Positions 1-12,319 of a stretch of 27,113 nt of DNA are shown piece after piece. Location of the stretch: contig NIVC01005068.1 of the NCBI GenBank assembly GCA_002269645.1, positions 1 to 27,113 of the forward strand. Direction: 5' to 3'. Below the pieces are notes generated by a model that made no database searches, had not been told where the DNA came from, and saw only the letters and a program-made list of their open reading frames with translations. A program made the translations under genes and the position numbers. The DNA comes from Macrostomum lignano. Lineage: Eukaryota. Every line of letters starts with the position of its first letter. Within the stretch, counting starts at the first letter, position 1.

Positions 1-1790
1 TACAGCGGACCTTCTGACAAATTCTGTAGGCATTTTAGTTGCTGTGGAACCGGGACAAACTTGGCCAAAGCAGCCGTGTCGTCGGCATACAGCACAGTCT
101 CGTTTCTGCAGTCTTGGAAGCCGAAAGCCCACTGAAAATCTATGTAAAGTCCAAGTTGTATGAGAGCTGACTTTTTAGCGTCTCGGATCAAGCGGACCGA
201 GTGTCCCTGCTTTTTAAGGATGCTCATCAGGCTGCTGCTAGCCTTGTCAAAGTCCTCTTTGAAGGTGCAGCGGCGAGCGTAGCGGAGAAACGGGTTTCAT
301 GATGCCTTTGAATGTGTGCTTTGGGTGAAAAGAATTCGGGTTCAATAATTGGCGGGAGTCCGTGGGTTTGAAGTAGATCGAGCAGGTTAATCTCTTCCTG
401 TTGTCTTCGTTAGTCAAAGAGACACAGCAGTCCAAAAAGTTGATACTGTACTGCATTGTGAGGCGTATGTTATTGTCGCAGCTGTTCAGATGTCTGTGTA
501 GCTGCTCCAGTTGTGCCTCCGTCCCGATGAAAGTCATGAAAATATCATCAATGTAGCGCTTGTAAAAATGAGGGGCAAAAGGAGCTGTGTTCAAAGCTTT
601 GGACTCCCAATCAGACATGAAAATGTTGGCATAGGATGGAGCAAATGATTTTCTCATGCTTGTGCCCTTAACCTGCAGATAGCGTTTTTTCGTTGAACAC
701 CATGTCATTCTTAGTCAGATTGATGTCAAGGAGCTCCAGTAGTTTTCGTCAGGTCTTGATGGTTGAGGAAAGTTTTGAAAAGCGTCCCTAACAGTTTTAA
801 TCCCCTTCTCCGTAGGTATGTTCGTGTACAAGGATTCGACATCCATTGTGACAGGAAGACGCTCTCTTCTTTGTCGTACGTCAAGTGATGAATAGCTGCT
901 TGAAAGTGATCAGTGTCTCTAATGAAGGAGTTCTGTTCCTTGGCAATAGGCTGCAGATAGAGATCGATGAACCTGGCACTCATGTAAATTTCGGAGTTGC
1001 AGTCAGAGACAATGGGTCGGCCTGGAGGGATTCCACGGTTTGGCCAAGTTCCGGATCCCTTGTGAATTTTCGGAAGTAGATAGAAAATCCTATCCTCGGC
1101 TCCGCAGGTGGAACCAGCTGGGAATATTGGTGATTATTGATGACCTTTTCGTCTCTGAAGATCTTGAAAGATTTTTTTGATTCGAGGAGCGGTTTGGATT
1201 CTTGAAGCCGAATCAATCGGTTTATAGAAGCTGGAATTAGAAAGTTGTCTGCTGGCTTCTGCTATGTAATCCTCGCGGTTTAAGACTACCAGGTTACTGC
1301 CTTTGTCGGCAGGCTTAATGACGATACTTTTGTTGTTGCGGAGACTTTGCAGTGCATGTCGAAGGTCTGTGGCAAATTTGGTTTGTTGGCAAATGACTTC
1401 TGGGATTTTGACTTTGTCCAGCGCATCAAAGAGGTCTTTGTGTGACTGCCACTTATCCAGATTGATGTTAGGAATTGAGGCGCGTCCTGTTGCGTGCAGA
1501 GTGAAAGCACAGGTTCGGCGCTGGAGGAGGGAGTTCAACGCGATTCGCTGTTTGAAGTTCCTGACGGACTCGAAAAGAAGTTCAGAACCTATCCGTAAAG
1601 GGGCTGGCACGAAGTTTTTCCCCATTTCTAAAACTTGAGTTTCGCTTTCAAGACAGAGTGACACTAGATAGGTTGAGCACAAGAGCTGCTGCTAAGCAGT
1701 CTCTATCCTGTCTAGTTTTTTGGACATTGTTGTATGCAATACGGAACGCTTTCGAAGAGGAATCGTTCGACATTGATATGGTTGGGACAG
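1..1790 (-). mobile_element. Penelope-like retroelement (PLE), reverse transcriptase ORF broken by several frameshifts; continues off the left edge
   Basis: Joining minus-strand frames gives, in order: VLNLSSVTLS/ESETQVLEMGKNFVP, IVIKPADKGSNLVVLNREDY, FYLLPKIHK..GIPPGRPIVS, FIRDTDHF, VTMDVESLYTNIP, YLQVKGTSM(R)KSFAPSYANIFM, YKRYIDDIFM (YIDD at ~545-556), INFLDCCV, IYFKPTD..SFHPKH. This is the characteristic motif order of PLE RTs. A GIY-YIG endonuclease is not visible in the window. Confidence 0.9.
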
Positions 1791-1843
1791 AAGGATAGAC
1801 TACGCTGCTAAGCAATATGGTTGCTCTTGTGAGAGTGCGCAGG

Positions 1844-1988
<145 letters not shown>

Positions 1989-2344
1989 CCAGAAGATAGA
2001 CAAGATAGATACGGAGATGGGACACTCTGACTAGCAAAACCATGAGCTGTGACTTCTAACCGATGACGCACACGTATATAGTAATAAATAATTTTTCAAC
2101 AGAAGAATTTTTATCAGGCCGTGCAGGCAGAATCCTTTGTAAATAGATACTCGTAGTTACATAATGAGCGCAGCTGATGGCAGTTACTAAGTCCGAATCC
2201 CCGAGGCGCTTGAACCAAGCTGATCTGAATTATGAATGCCCGAATATGAGTTGAAAGGCTGGCTTGGTAAGAAGCGAAATCTCGTTCGGCTGTATAAGAA
2301 AATGAGATTAAAATATTTGATGAGTTTGAGACTGGAATGGGTAT

Positions 2345-3484
2345 TGGGATCAGGATCGGGTTGGGATCGGGATTGGATTTGGATTGGGATCGGGATCGGG
2401 ATCGGGTTGGGATCGGGATTGGATCGGGATCGGGATCGGGGTTGGGATCGGGGTTGGGATCGGTTGGGATCGGGGTTGGGATCGGGGTTGGGATCGGGGT
2501 TGGAATCGGGGTTGGGATCGGGGTTGGGATCGGGTTGGGATCGGGGTTGGGATCGGGGTTGGGATCGGGGTTGGGATCGGGGTTGGGATCGGGTTGATCG
2601 GGGTTGGGATCGGGGTTGGGATCGGGTTGGGATCGGGGTTGGGATCGGGGTTGGGATCGGGGTTGGGATCGGGGTTGGGATCGGGGTTGGGATCGGGGTT
2701 GGGATCGGGTTGGATCAGGGCTGGGATCGGGGTTGGGATCGGGGTTGAGATCGGGGTTGGGATCGGGGTTGGGATCGGGGTTGGGATCGGGGTTGGGATC
2801 AGGATTTGGATTGGGATCGGGATCGGGATGGGATCGGGGTTGGGATCGGGGTTGGGATCGGGGTTGGGATCGGGGTTGGGATCGGGGTTGGGATCAGGAT
2901 TTGGATTGGGATCGGGATCGGGATGGGATTTGGATTGGGATCGGGATTGGGATCGGGATCGGGATTGGGATTGGGATTGGGATCGGGATCGGGATCGGGA
3001 TTTGGATTGGGATCGGGATCGGGATTGGGATCGGGATCGGGATTGGGATCGGGATTGGGATCGGGATCGGGATTGGGATTGGGATCGGGATCGGGATTTG
3101 GATTGGGATCGGGATTGGGATTGGGATCGGGATCGGGATTGGGATCGGGATTTGGATTGGAATCGGGATTTGGATTGGGATCGGGATCGGGATTGGGATC
3201 GGGATTTGGATTGTGATCGGGATCGGGATTGGGATCGGGATTTGGATTGGGATCGGGATCGGGATTGGGATCGGGATTTGGATTGGGATCGGATCGGGAT
3301 CGGGATTGGGATCGGGATTTGGATTGGATCGTCGGGATTGGGATCGGGATTTGGATTGGGATCGGGATCGGGATCGGGATTTGGATTGGGATCGGGATCG
3401 GGATTGGGATCGGGATCGGGATTGGGATCGGGATCGGGATTGGGATCGGGATTTGGATTGGGATCGGGATCGGTATTGGATGGG
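2345..3484. repeat. G-rich hexamer-based array (GGGATC / GGGGTT / GGGATT / TTTGGATT variants)
   Basis: Left block is mostly (GGGGTTGGGATC)n; right block is mixed GGGATC/GGGATT/GGGATTTGGATT. Confidence 0.95.
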
Positions 3485-3848
3485 GACTGATGAACGTCAT
3501 TCTGGAGTAGATTTTACAACCTCAATTATTCTGAGCCACAACGCCCCACAACAATTACAAAGCAGTCGTCAGCAAAGACCCTTGAATGCCCGAACCTCTG
3601 GCGCGAGTCAGTCAGTCTCGTTAAACCCTGCACAATGAGATACCGCGCTACACCTGAACTGTTCATACGAGCTACAGCCCATTGTGCACAACACGCATCC
3701 ATGCATACCGACACGAGCAATAAGCATAATTTAATTATTTATATCCCTGGTTTGTGCCTCTCTGAGTCTGAACCAGAAGTCGCAATGCAAGTCATATTTT
3801 TAGGGGAAACATTTTAGGGAAAAGCATCAATTGGCGTGATGGGTGTTG

Positions 3849-3849
<1 letters not shown>

Positions 3850-3900
<51 letters not shown>

Positions 3901-3901
3901 T

Positions 3902-3960
<59 letters not shown>

Positions 3961-3961
3961 T

Positions 3962-4044
<83 letters not shown>
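3850..4044. repeat. (TCTG)n microsatellite
   Basis: Tetranucleotide run with occasional TCTT variants. Confidence 0.98.
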
Positions 4045-4738
4045 TTCCAGTCTTCAAATGCTCTCATTGGTCTACTGTTGGTGTTTATATCAACAGTTCT
4101 TGCTTTTTTGGCGTCAAGAGCTGCCTGACTTCTGCCGCCAAACGCCCCCACCAACCCCCCCCCTCGAAAGAAGTTTGCTCGCAGATGCTGGAAAGAAGGG
4201 AGAACATATGATTGGATTGGATCCTCACAGCAGATCCCTAGCGGTTTAGGCGGCCCGGGATCAGCGAGAAGTTCGGCCGGGATGCATCGTTGGAACGAAG
4301 TGTCCGTCACGGGGTTTTGGAGTGACCGGGATCGAGTGAGTGAGCAGTGAGCAGTGAGCGGCCAGCCAAAGATTATCGCTACAACAGCAAAATTGCCAGC
4401 TTAGGAGACGAAGTAGGCTCAAAGCTGTGAGGCTGCATTCATCCTCTCGGAAATCTGCTTTAGTTTTCTTGGATCCTCAGCTGCCATATCCCTATTAGTA
4501 AGTGCACAGCAGGCTTACAGGCGGCAAGGATGGCAGCGCCCTTGACGTGTCGTGCAGTTCCGCCGGTTGTCAGCTTGATAGAATTAGTATGGGATGAATG
4601 AATGGGCGACATCAGAAAGAGAAAAACATTCAATGGTGTGTTGTCTTTGTACGCAGCGGGTATTTTTTCATTGAAGCTTACTTGTAAAGACTGCTTGAGT
4701 TGTGGGAGGCACTGTTTCGCTGACGTGCCTGATTAGCA

Positions 4739-5333
4739 ATCGGAGTGCCTGAGCGGAGTGCCTGATCGGAGTGCCTAATCGGAGTGACTGATCTGAGTGC
4801 CTGATAAAGAGTGCCTGATAAAGAGTGCCTAATCTGAGTGCCTGACCGGAGTGCCTGAGCGGAGTGCCTGATCGGAGTGCCTGATCGGAGTGCCTGATCG
4901 GAGTGCCTGATAAAGAGTGCCTAATCGGAGTGCATAATCGGAGTGCCTTGATTTGGAGTGCCTGATCGGAGTGCCTGATCGGAGTGCCTGATCGGAGTGC
5001 CTGATCAGAGTGCCCTGAATCGTGGTGCCTTGAATCGGAGTGCCTTGAACCGGAGTGCCTGATCGGAGTGCCTGATCGGAGTGCCTGATCGGAGTGCATA
5101 ATCGGAGTGCCTTTAATCGGAGTGCCTTGATTTGGAGTGCCTAATCGGTGTGCCTAATCTGAGTGTCTTGATTCAGAGTGCCTTGAATTGGAGTGCCTGA
5201 TCAGAGTGCCCTGAATCGTGGTGCCTTGAATCGGAGTGCCTTGAACCGGAGTGCCTGATCAGAGTGCCTGATCGGAGTGCCTGATCGGAGTCCCTAATCG
5301 GAGTGCCTTGAACCGGAGTGCCTGAGTGCCTGA
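4739..5333. repeat. 13-14 bp minisatellite (ATCGGAGTGCCTG)n
   Basis: Dozens of variant copies visible directly. Confidence 0.95.
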
Positions 5334-5940
5334 TAGATATAGTAAACTCAACGAACTATTTATCCATAGAAATTTCTGGAAAGCGAAATACTTGAAAGAG
5401 ACTATGCTCAAAGTTACGCGAAGCTTCATCTTGAAAACGCCAGTAGGACGGGAAATCCTGAAAAAAAGCATTACATAATCTGGAGAAGCAAGTCAGGAAA
5501 CAGGGCCGTGAGTTCTTCCGCTATGGTTGCCACCTAAATTGAGGTTCGAACATCCGCATGGAGACAGAACTGACTCGAATATTGCTTCGAGTGCCTACCG
5601 GAGACCCTTGACAACAACAATGCGGTCAAAGGTTTTGGAATCTTTTGGAAACTTTTTTCTTTCTTTTGCGCGGATGTCATTGCTGATTTTGGCTCCCGGA
5701 TTAGCCGTCTGCCTTGCCTCTCTATAATCAAATAATCCAATAATGAAGACTCAATAATGATCCCATGCTTGGCTCCATGACCAAGCTAGGCCAGACTATA
5801 TAGGCCTAGACAGAACTGTTGGAAGCTGGGCATTGCCGAGGGAGGCAGATTCAATGGCGGAATAAAGAAACCGGAATAGAACTGTTAAGAGAAACACAAA
5901 CATTATTGCGCATGCCTTGGCGGCAGAAATCACTCAGAAT

Positions 5941-6832
5941 GAGGGGAGCGATTGGAGGGAGGGGGAGAAGGGAAGAGATGTAAGAGAGAGAAGGAACAGA
6001 GGGTGAGAGGGAGAGTGGAAAGAAGGGAGAGATGGAAGAAAGATGAGGGAGATGAGTGGAGAGGGAGAAAGGGAAAGAGGGGGAAAAGGGAGGGAGAGAA
6101 TGAGAGTGGAGGGAGAGAGGGGAGGGAGAGAGGAGGGAGAGAAGGGAGAGAGGAGGGAGAGAAGGGAGAGAGGAGGGAGACAAGGAGAATGGAGGGAGAG
6201 AAGGGGAGGGAGAGAAGGAGAGAGGGAAGGGAGACAAGGAGAATGGAGGGAGAGAGGGGGGAGAGAAGGAGAGTGGAGGGAGAGAAGGGAGGGAGAGAGG
6301 GGGGGAGAGAAGGAGAGTGGAGGGAGAGAATGGAGGAGAGAGGGAGGGAGAGAAGGAGAGAGGGAAGGGAGACAAGGAGAATGGAGGGAGAGAGGGGGGA
6401 GAGAAGGAGAGTGGAGGGAGAGAAGGGAGGGAGAGAGGGGGGGGGAGAAGGAGAGTGGAGGGAGAGAATGGAGGGAGAGAGGGGAGGGAGAGAAGGAGAG
6501 TGGAGGGAGAGAAGGGAGGGAGAGAGGGGAGGGAGAGAAGGAGAGAGGACAGATATAGAAGGGAGGGAGAGAAGGGAGGGAGAGAAGGAGAGTGGAGGGA
6601 GAGAGGGAGAGAGGAGGGAGACAAGGAGAATGGAGGGAGAGATGGGAGGGAGAGAAGGAGAGTGGAGGGAGAGAAGGGAGGGAGAGGGGGAGAGAAGGAG
6701 AGTTGAGGGAGAGAAGGGAGGGAGAGAGGGAGGGAGAGAAGGAGAGAGGACAGATATAGAAGGGAGGGAGAGAAGGGAGTGAGAGAGGGAGGGAGAGAAG
6801 GAGAGAGGACAGAGATAGAAGGGAGGGAGAGT
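5941..6832. repeat. Purine-rich degenerate minisatellite (GGAGGGAGAGAAGGAGA-type)
   Basis: Almost pure G/A tract with internal longer-period copies. Confidence 0.9.
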
Positions 6833-7454
6833 TGTGATATAGCGGTGTTGGAAATTAGATCCATAAAAATTACCTATAGTACGAGCTTAGATGAAAGGAA
6901 CTTCACTCACCTTGCAGTTTTGGCCGAGCAGTGAAGCTGCCAAAATTTAATCTCTCTCTCCGAAGAGATTTCTTCTAACTTTAATGACTAAATAATTTAT
7001 AGACGCACATGACGGCTTGGATCGGCTCTTTATTGCTGTTTTCTAACAATTGAAAATTGAGATGCGACAGAGGAATGAGGCGTATTGAAAAATTGTCTCC
7101 TTTGTTGAGAACGCGGTTGGAAAACTTTATAGCAGTTATGGGTTCGCAGTCAATGGAACGGGGGGGGGGGAAATGGCGAATGAAGTGGTGTTAGTGGCAT
7201 CCAGGGCTTGGCTTAGCCAATGGGAAACTGCAGGGAGACTTGCTTGACCAGGGGAACGGGTCCGACACCGTACACTGGATGATGGTGAAGGGGAGCTGGC
7301 CATGAAGCTTTCATTTGCCAATGATAGGGTTGGATAAGTGGGAAAATAGAGGTTAGATAAAATGCGGCACTGGCTTCGGTGACAGAGGGGAGAAACGAGA
7401 TGCTGGAAAAATAGATGACAGAAGAGAGGAGAAGAGGAATAGATACAAAGATAG

Positions 7455-8957
7455 AGAGAGGAGAGGAGAGGAGAGGAGAGGAGAGGAGAGGAGAGGAGAG
7501 GAGAGGAGAGGAGAGGAGAGGAGAGGAGAGGAGAGGAGAGGAGAGGAGAGGAGCGAGGAGAGGAGTGGAGAGGAGAGGAGAGGAGAGGAGAGGAGAGGAG
7601 AGGAGAGAAGAGGAGTGGAGAGGAGAGGAGAGGAGAGGAGAGGAGAGGAGAGGAGAGGAGAGGAGAGGAGAGGAGAGGAGAGGAGAGGAGAAGAGAGAAG
7701 AGGAGTGGAGAGGAGAGGAGAGGAGAGGAGAGGAGAGGAGAGGAGAGGAGAGGAGAGGAGAGGAGAGGAGAGGAGAGGAGAGGAGAGGAGAGGAGAGGAG
7801 AGGAGAGGAGAGGAGAGGAGAGGAGAGGAGAGAGAGAGGAGAGAGAGGAGAGGAGAGGAGAGGAGAGAGAGGAGAGGAGAGGAGAGGAGAGGAGAGGAGA
7901 GGAGAGGAGAGGAGAGGAGAGGAGAAGAGAGAAGAGGAGTGGAGAGGAGAGAGGAGAGGAGAGGAGAGGAGAGGAGAGGAGAGGAGAGGAGAGAGAGGAG
8001 AGGAGAGGAGAGGAGAGGAGAGAGAGGAGGAGAGGAGGAGAGAGAGGAGAGGAGAGGAGAGGAGAGGAGAGAGAGAGGAGAGAGAGAGGAGAGGAGAGGA
8101 GAGGAGAGGAGAGGAGAGGAGAGGAGAGAAGAGGAGTGGAGAGGAGAGGAGAGGAGAGGAGAGGAGAGGAGAGGAGAGGAGAGGAGAGGAGAGGAGAGGA
8201 GAGAGGAGAGGAGAGGAGAGGAGAGGAGAGGAGAGGAGAGGAGAGGAGAGGAGAGGAGAGGAGAGGAGAGAGGAGAGAGAGAGAGGAGAGGAGAGGAGAG
8301 GAGAGGAGAGGAGAGGAGAGGAGAGGAGAGGAGAGGAGAGGAGAGAGAAAGAGAGAAGAGGAGTGGAGAGGAGAGGAGAGGAGAGGAGAGGAGAGAGGAG
8401 AGGAGAGGAGAGAGGAGAGGAGAGGAGAGGAGAGGAGAGGAGAGGAGAGGAGAGGAGAGGAGAGGAGAAGAGAGAAGAGGAGAGGAGAGGAGAGGAGAGG
8501 AGAGGAGAGGAGAGGAGTGGAGAGGAGAGGAGAGGAGAGGAGAGGAGAGGAGAGGAGATGAGAGGAGAGGAGAGGAGAGGAGAGGAGAGGAGAGAGAGAG
8601 GAGGGAGAGGAGAGGAGAGGAGAGGAGAGGAGAGGAGAGAGAGAGGAGAGGAGAGGAGAGGAGAGGAGAGGAGAGGAGAGGAGAGGAGAGGAGAGGAGAG
8701 GAGAGGAGAGGAGAGGAGAGGAGAGGAGAGGAGAGGAGAGGAGAGGAGAGGAGAGGAGAGGAGAGGAGAGGAGAGGAGAGGAGAGGAGAGGAGAGAGAGG
8801 AGAGGAGAGGAGAGAGAGGAGAGGAGAGAGAGAGGAGAGGAGAAGAGAGGAGAGGAGAGGCGAGGAGAGGAGAGGAGAGGAGAGGAGAAGAGAGGAGAGG
8901 AGAGGAGAGGAGAGGAGAGGAGAGGAGAGGAGAGGAGAGGAGAGGAGAGGAGAGAGA
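7455..8957. repeat. (GAGGA)n pentanucleotide microsatellite, ~1.5 kb
   Basis: Pentamer run with GAGA and GAGTG interruptions. Confidence 0.98.
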
Positions 8958-9161
8958 CTTTTTCGTAGTTTCCCATAGTTTACCTCACCAAGCTACTGCA
9001 AGTAGACTGAGCAGCTTGATATACGACTCTTCTAAGGCACTACTTATTTAACACTAATCTATTTTAATTGTCATAGCGTTATGCGACATAAAAATAGTTA
9101 ATGATTTTAAGGAAAAGGACATGACATAATGGAATTTTAGTGAGACAAAAGTACTCGAGTG

Positions 9162-9596
9162 AGTTAGTCATGGAATGTGAAAGAGAGTCACAGAATGCTT
9201 AAGTGAGTCATGGAGTGCCAAAGTGAGTAATGGAGTGGTAAAGAGAGTCATGGAGTTCTAAAGACATAGAGTGCTAGAGTGAGTAATGGAGTGCCAAAGT
9301 GAGTCATGGAGTGTGAAAGTGAGTCATGGAGTGCCAAAGTGAGTCATGGAGTGCCAAATTGTGAGTCATGGAGTGCCAAAGTGTGAGTCATGGAGTGCCA
9401 AAGTGTGAGTCATGGAGTGCCAAAGTGAGTCATAGAGTGCTAGAGTGAGTCACGGAGTGCCAAAGTGAGTCATGGAGTGCCAAAGTGAGTCATGGAGTGC
9501 CAAAGTGTGAGTCATGGAGTGCCAAAGTGAATCATGCAGTGCCAAAGAGAGTCATGGAGTGGTGGAGTGAGTCATCAGCGGAGTTTTGAGTCATGA
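9162..9596. repeat. 20-22 bp minisatellite (GTGAGTCATGGAGTGCCAAA)n
   Basis: About 20 variant copies, more degenerate at both ends. Confidence 0.95.
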
Positions 9597-10236
9597 GTAT
9601 TCGAGTTAATAATAAAACAATAAAAACTAGTCTGCATCGAACGTAAAACGAACTGGGAACCAAAAAGGGCTTCACAGTGGCCTAGCAGGAGGCGCAGATA
9701 CTCAATGCTCAGGATGAGGGGCAGATATGCATACAGTGTGGCCCACAAATATGCAGAAGGTTGACAGCTGATAATGGGCGCAGGCACAGCAGCACTAATT
9801 AGTTCATTGGGCCGAGTATTCAATCTCCGAGCACTGAGCCGCGCAGAGCTCCAGTTAGTCCAAATGCAACGGTGAGCAAATGGGAATATTTATATTTATA
9901 TTTATATGGACCCATATATGCATATCGGGAGATCCCCAATAGTTGAATTTCTCTCCCCGCTCCTATTCTAGAAAGCTGAAATAGCTGCAGGACAAGATCT
10001 CCCTATTGAACGGGATTGGGAAGAAATGGAGAAGTCCCGGGCAGATGCGCTCATATCTGCATCTCGAGAGCAGATAAAGCCCCGGCTTAGAAAAAAGGCT
10101 TTAGGAGGCTTTGAGAGTTTGAGTCGCCTTTTTTGTTGAAAAAGAGTGAAAACCTGATCACACGGACTCTGAGATGATTCACTCGGCGTTTTCTGGCGCC
10201 TCATCCTATGATCTTAGCACCGCCCCTCCCACTCTG

Positions 10237-10515
10237 AGCGCTTCATTTGTTTCATTCTTGGCGCCTCATCATTTGTTTCATTCTTGGCACCTCATCATTT
10301 GTTTCATTCTTAGCGCCTCATTTGTTTCATTCTTAGCGCCTCATTTGTTTCATTCTTGGCGCCTCATTTGTTTCATTCTTGGCGCCTCATTTGTTTCATT
10401 CTTGGCACCTCATCATTTGTTTCATTCTTGGCGCCTTATTTGTTTCACTCTTGGCGCCTCATTTGTTTCATTCTTGGCGCCTCATTTCTTTCATTCTTGG
10501 CGCCCCATTTTTTGC
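10237..10515. repeat. 23-26 bp minisatellite (GCGCCTCAT[CAT]TTGTTTCATTCTTG)n
   Basis: About 11 tandem copies, no spacers. Confidence 0.93.
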
Positions 10516-10710
10516 ACCTCATAATCCTTATTATCTCTACTTGGCGCCTATCTACTCGCGATTTTGAAATTTCTTTAGAAATTTTGTCAGTTTCTCCAGC
10601 AATAAACTGAAGCCCCAAAGCCCCAAGACACAATGCCCTTTCCCGTCTCCCAGCCAATTCAGGCACTTTGCCGCCTTGAGCCTGTCTTTTCTCTCTTTTT
10701 TTCCAACAAG

Positions 10711-10904
10711 AAAAAGAAGCAGCATGCCTCAGACGGAAGACGGCAGCCCTTCCATCGCCTATTGTTTGGGACACGTTTCTGGGACACACCCAGCCTCCTT
10801 CACAGAAAGTCGGCCCCACCATTGTCTTCAGCGGGAAACCGGGCGTGCAGCCTCGGGCTGTCTCTGCTGGGGAGTCAGCTGGGCTGTCGCAAGGGGCTCC
10901 CACC
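10711..10904 (+). other. Candidate upstream 5'-UTR exon of the PTB-like gene
   Basis: Pyrimidine tract ctgtcttttctctctttttttccaacaAG ends at 10710, consensus donor GTGAGT at 10905, and a downstream acceptor ttctctccctcttccccgcAG at 12865 precedes the ATG. No transcript evidence. Confidence 0.4.
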
Positions 10905-11585
10905 GTGAGTGGGAGAGCTCTGTGGGATGCTGGGGCAGCCGCAGCATCTGCTTAGCAGCTTAACTACCGAAGGAAGAGGCAGAAACACAGTAGAGGGGGG
11001 GGGCAGTTTTGAGCCGGCTTTAAGTCTCATCACACGGGTGGGGCGTCTCACCTACATAATTGCTGCCTCCCAGCCTCTCTCTCTCCTCTCAATCCACACT
11101 GGAATCGATTTCCATAATGCCTACCAGCTCACACCGATACTCAAACACCCGCGCAGACATACACACACGGCAGCGCCAACCTGCATCCGGGATCCTGGGC
11201 GGCAAACTCAGCCCGGTGGCTTCGCAAACTGCAGGCCGCCAAAAAATTTCTCTCTTTCCTTCAAACTCCTCGCTTCCTCCCCCTCCCTCAGCTGGTACGC
11301 CATGCAGGCGAACTGCGTAACACAGACGCGGTGTTAAATCGATTGCTTTCCTGCCGACTCGCTGATCGAGTCGCACGCCGCCGCTGATCTGTCATTTTCT
11401 GATCTTTCACTCGCATGGAGATTCGACATTTTTCATAATTCATCTTTTTATATCGTTAAACAGCTACTCGATTCCTCCTTCTATCAATCTGTCAATACAA
11501 ATAGATATGTTAATAAATACAATATGTCTACCTATCAACCTTTGTGCGTATCAACCTATCAATCTATCAAACTATCACTCTGTAA

Positions 11586-12319
<734 letters not shown>

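Noticed and set aside
2345-3484. True telomeric or interstitial telomeric repeat
   Set aside because: There are no TTAGGG tandem units; the resemblance is only compositional.
3487-3500. CTGATGA hammerhead core near the PLE (also at 226-232 on the minus strand and CTGAAGA at ~1155)
   Set aside because: No stem II followed by GAAA and no closable stems I/III by eye. An Infernal search with hammerhead models would be the decisive test.
2233-3594. 12-bp direct repeat TGAATGCCCGAA at 2233 and 3583 flanking the G-rich array (possible TSD)
   Set aside because: Both copies are ~100 bp from the array ends, and a few 12-mer matches are expected by chance in this much unique sequence.
4045-4128. Hydrophobic tail SSNALIGLLLVFISTVLAFLASRAA* after a (TCTG)n-TTCCAG acceptor (GPI/TM-like last exon)
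   Set aside because: Short, and no upstream exon could be assigned; the acceptor may be a by-product of the microsatellite.
6905-7321. Minus-strand donor (AAG|GTGAGT at 6911/6910) and 61-aa Ser/Pro-rich ORF suggesting a divergent gene
   Set aside because: I could not link these into a consistent exon chain and there is no recognisable motif; insufficient support.
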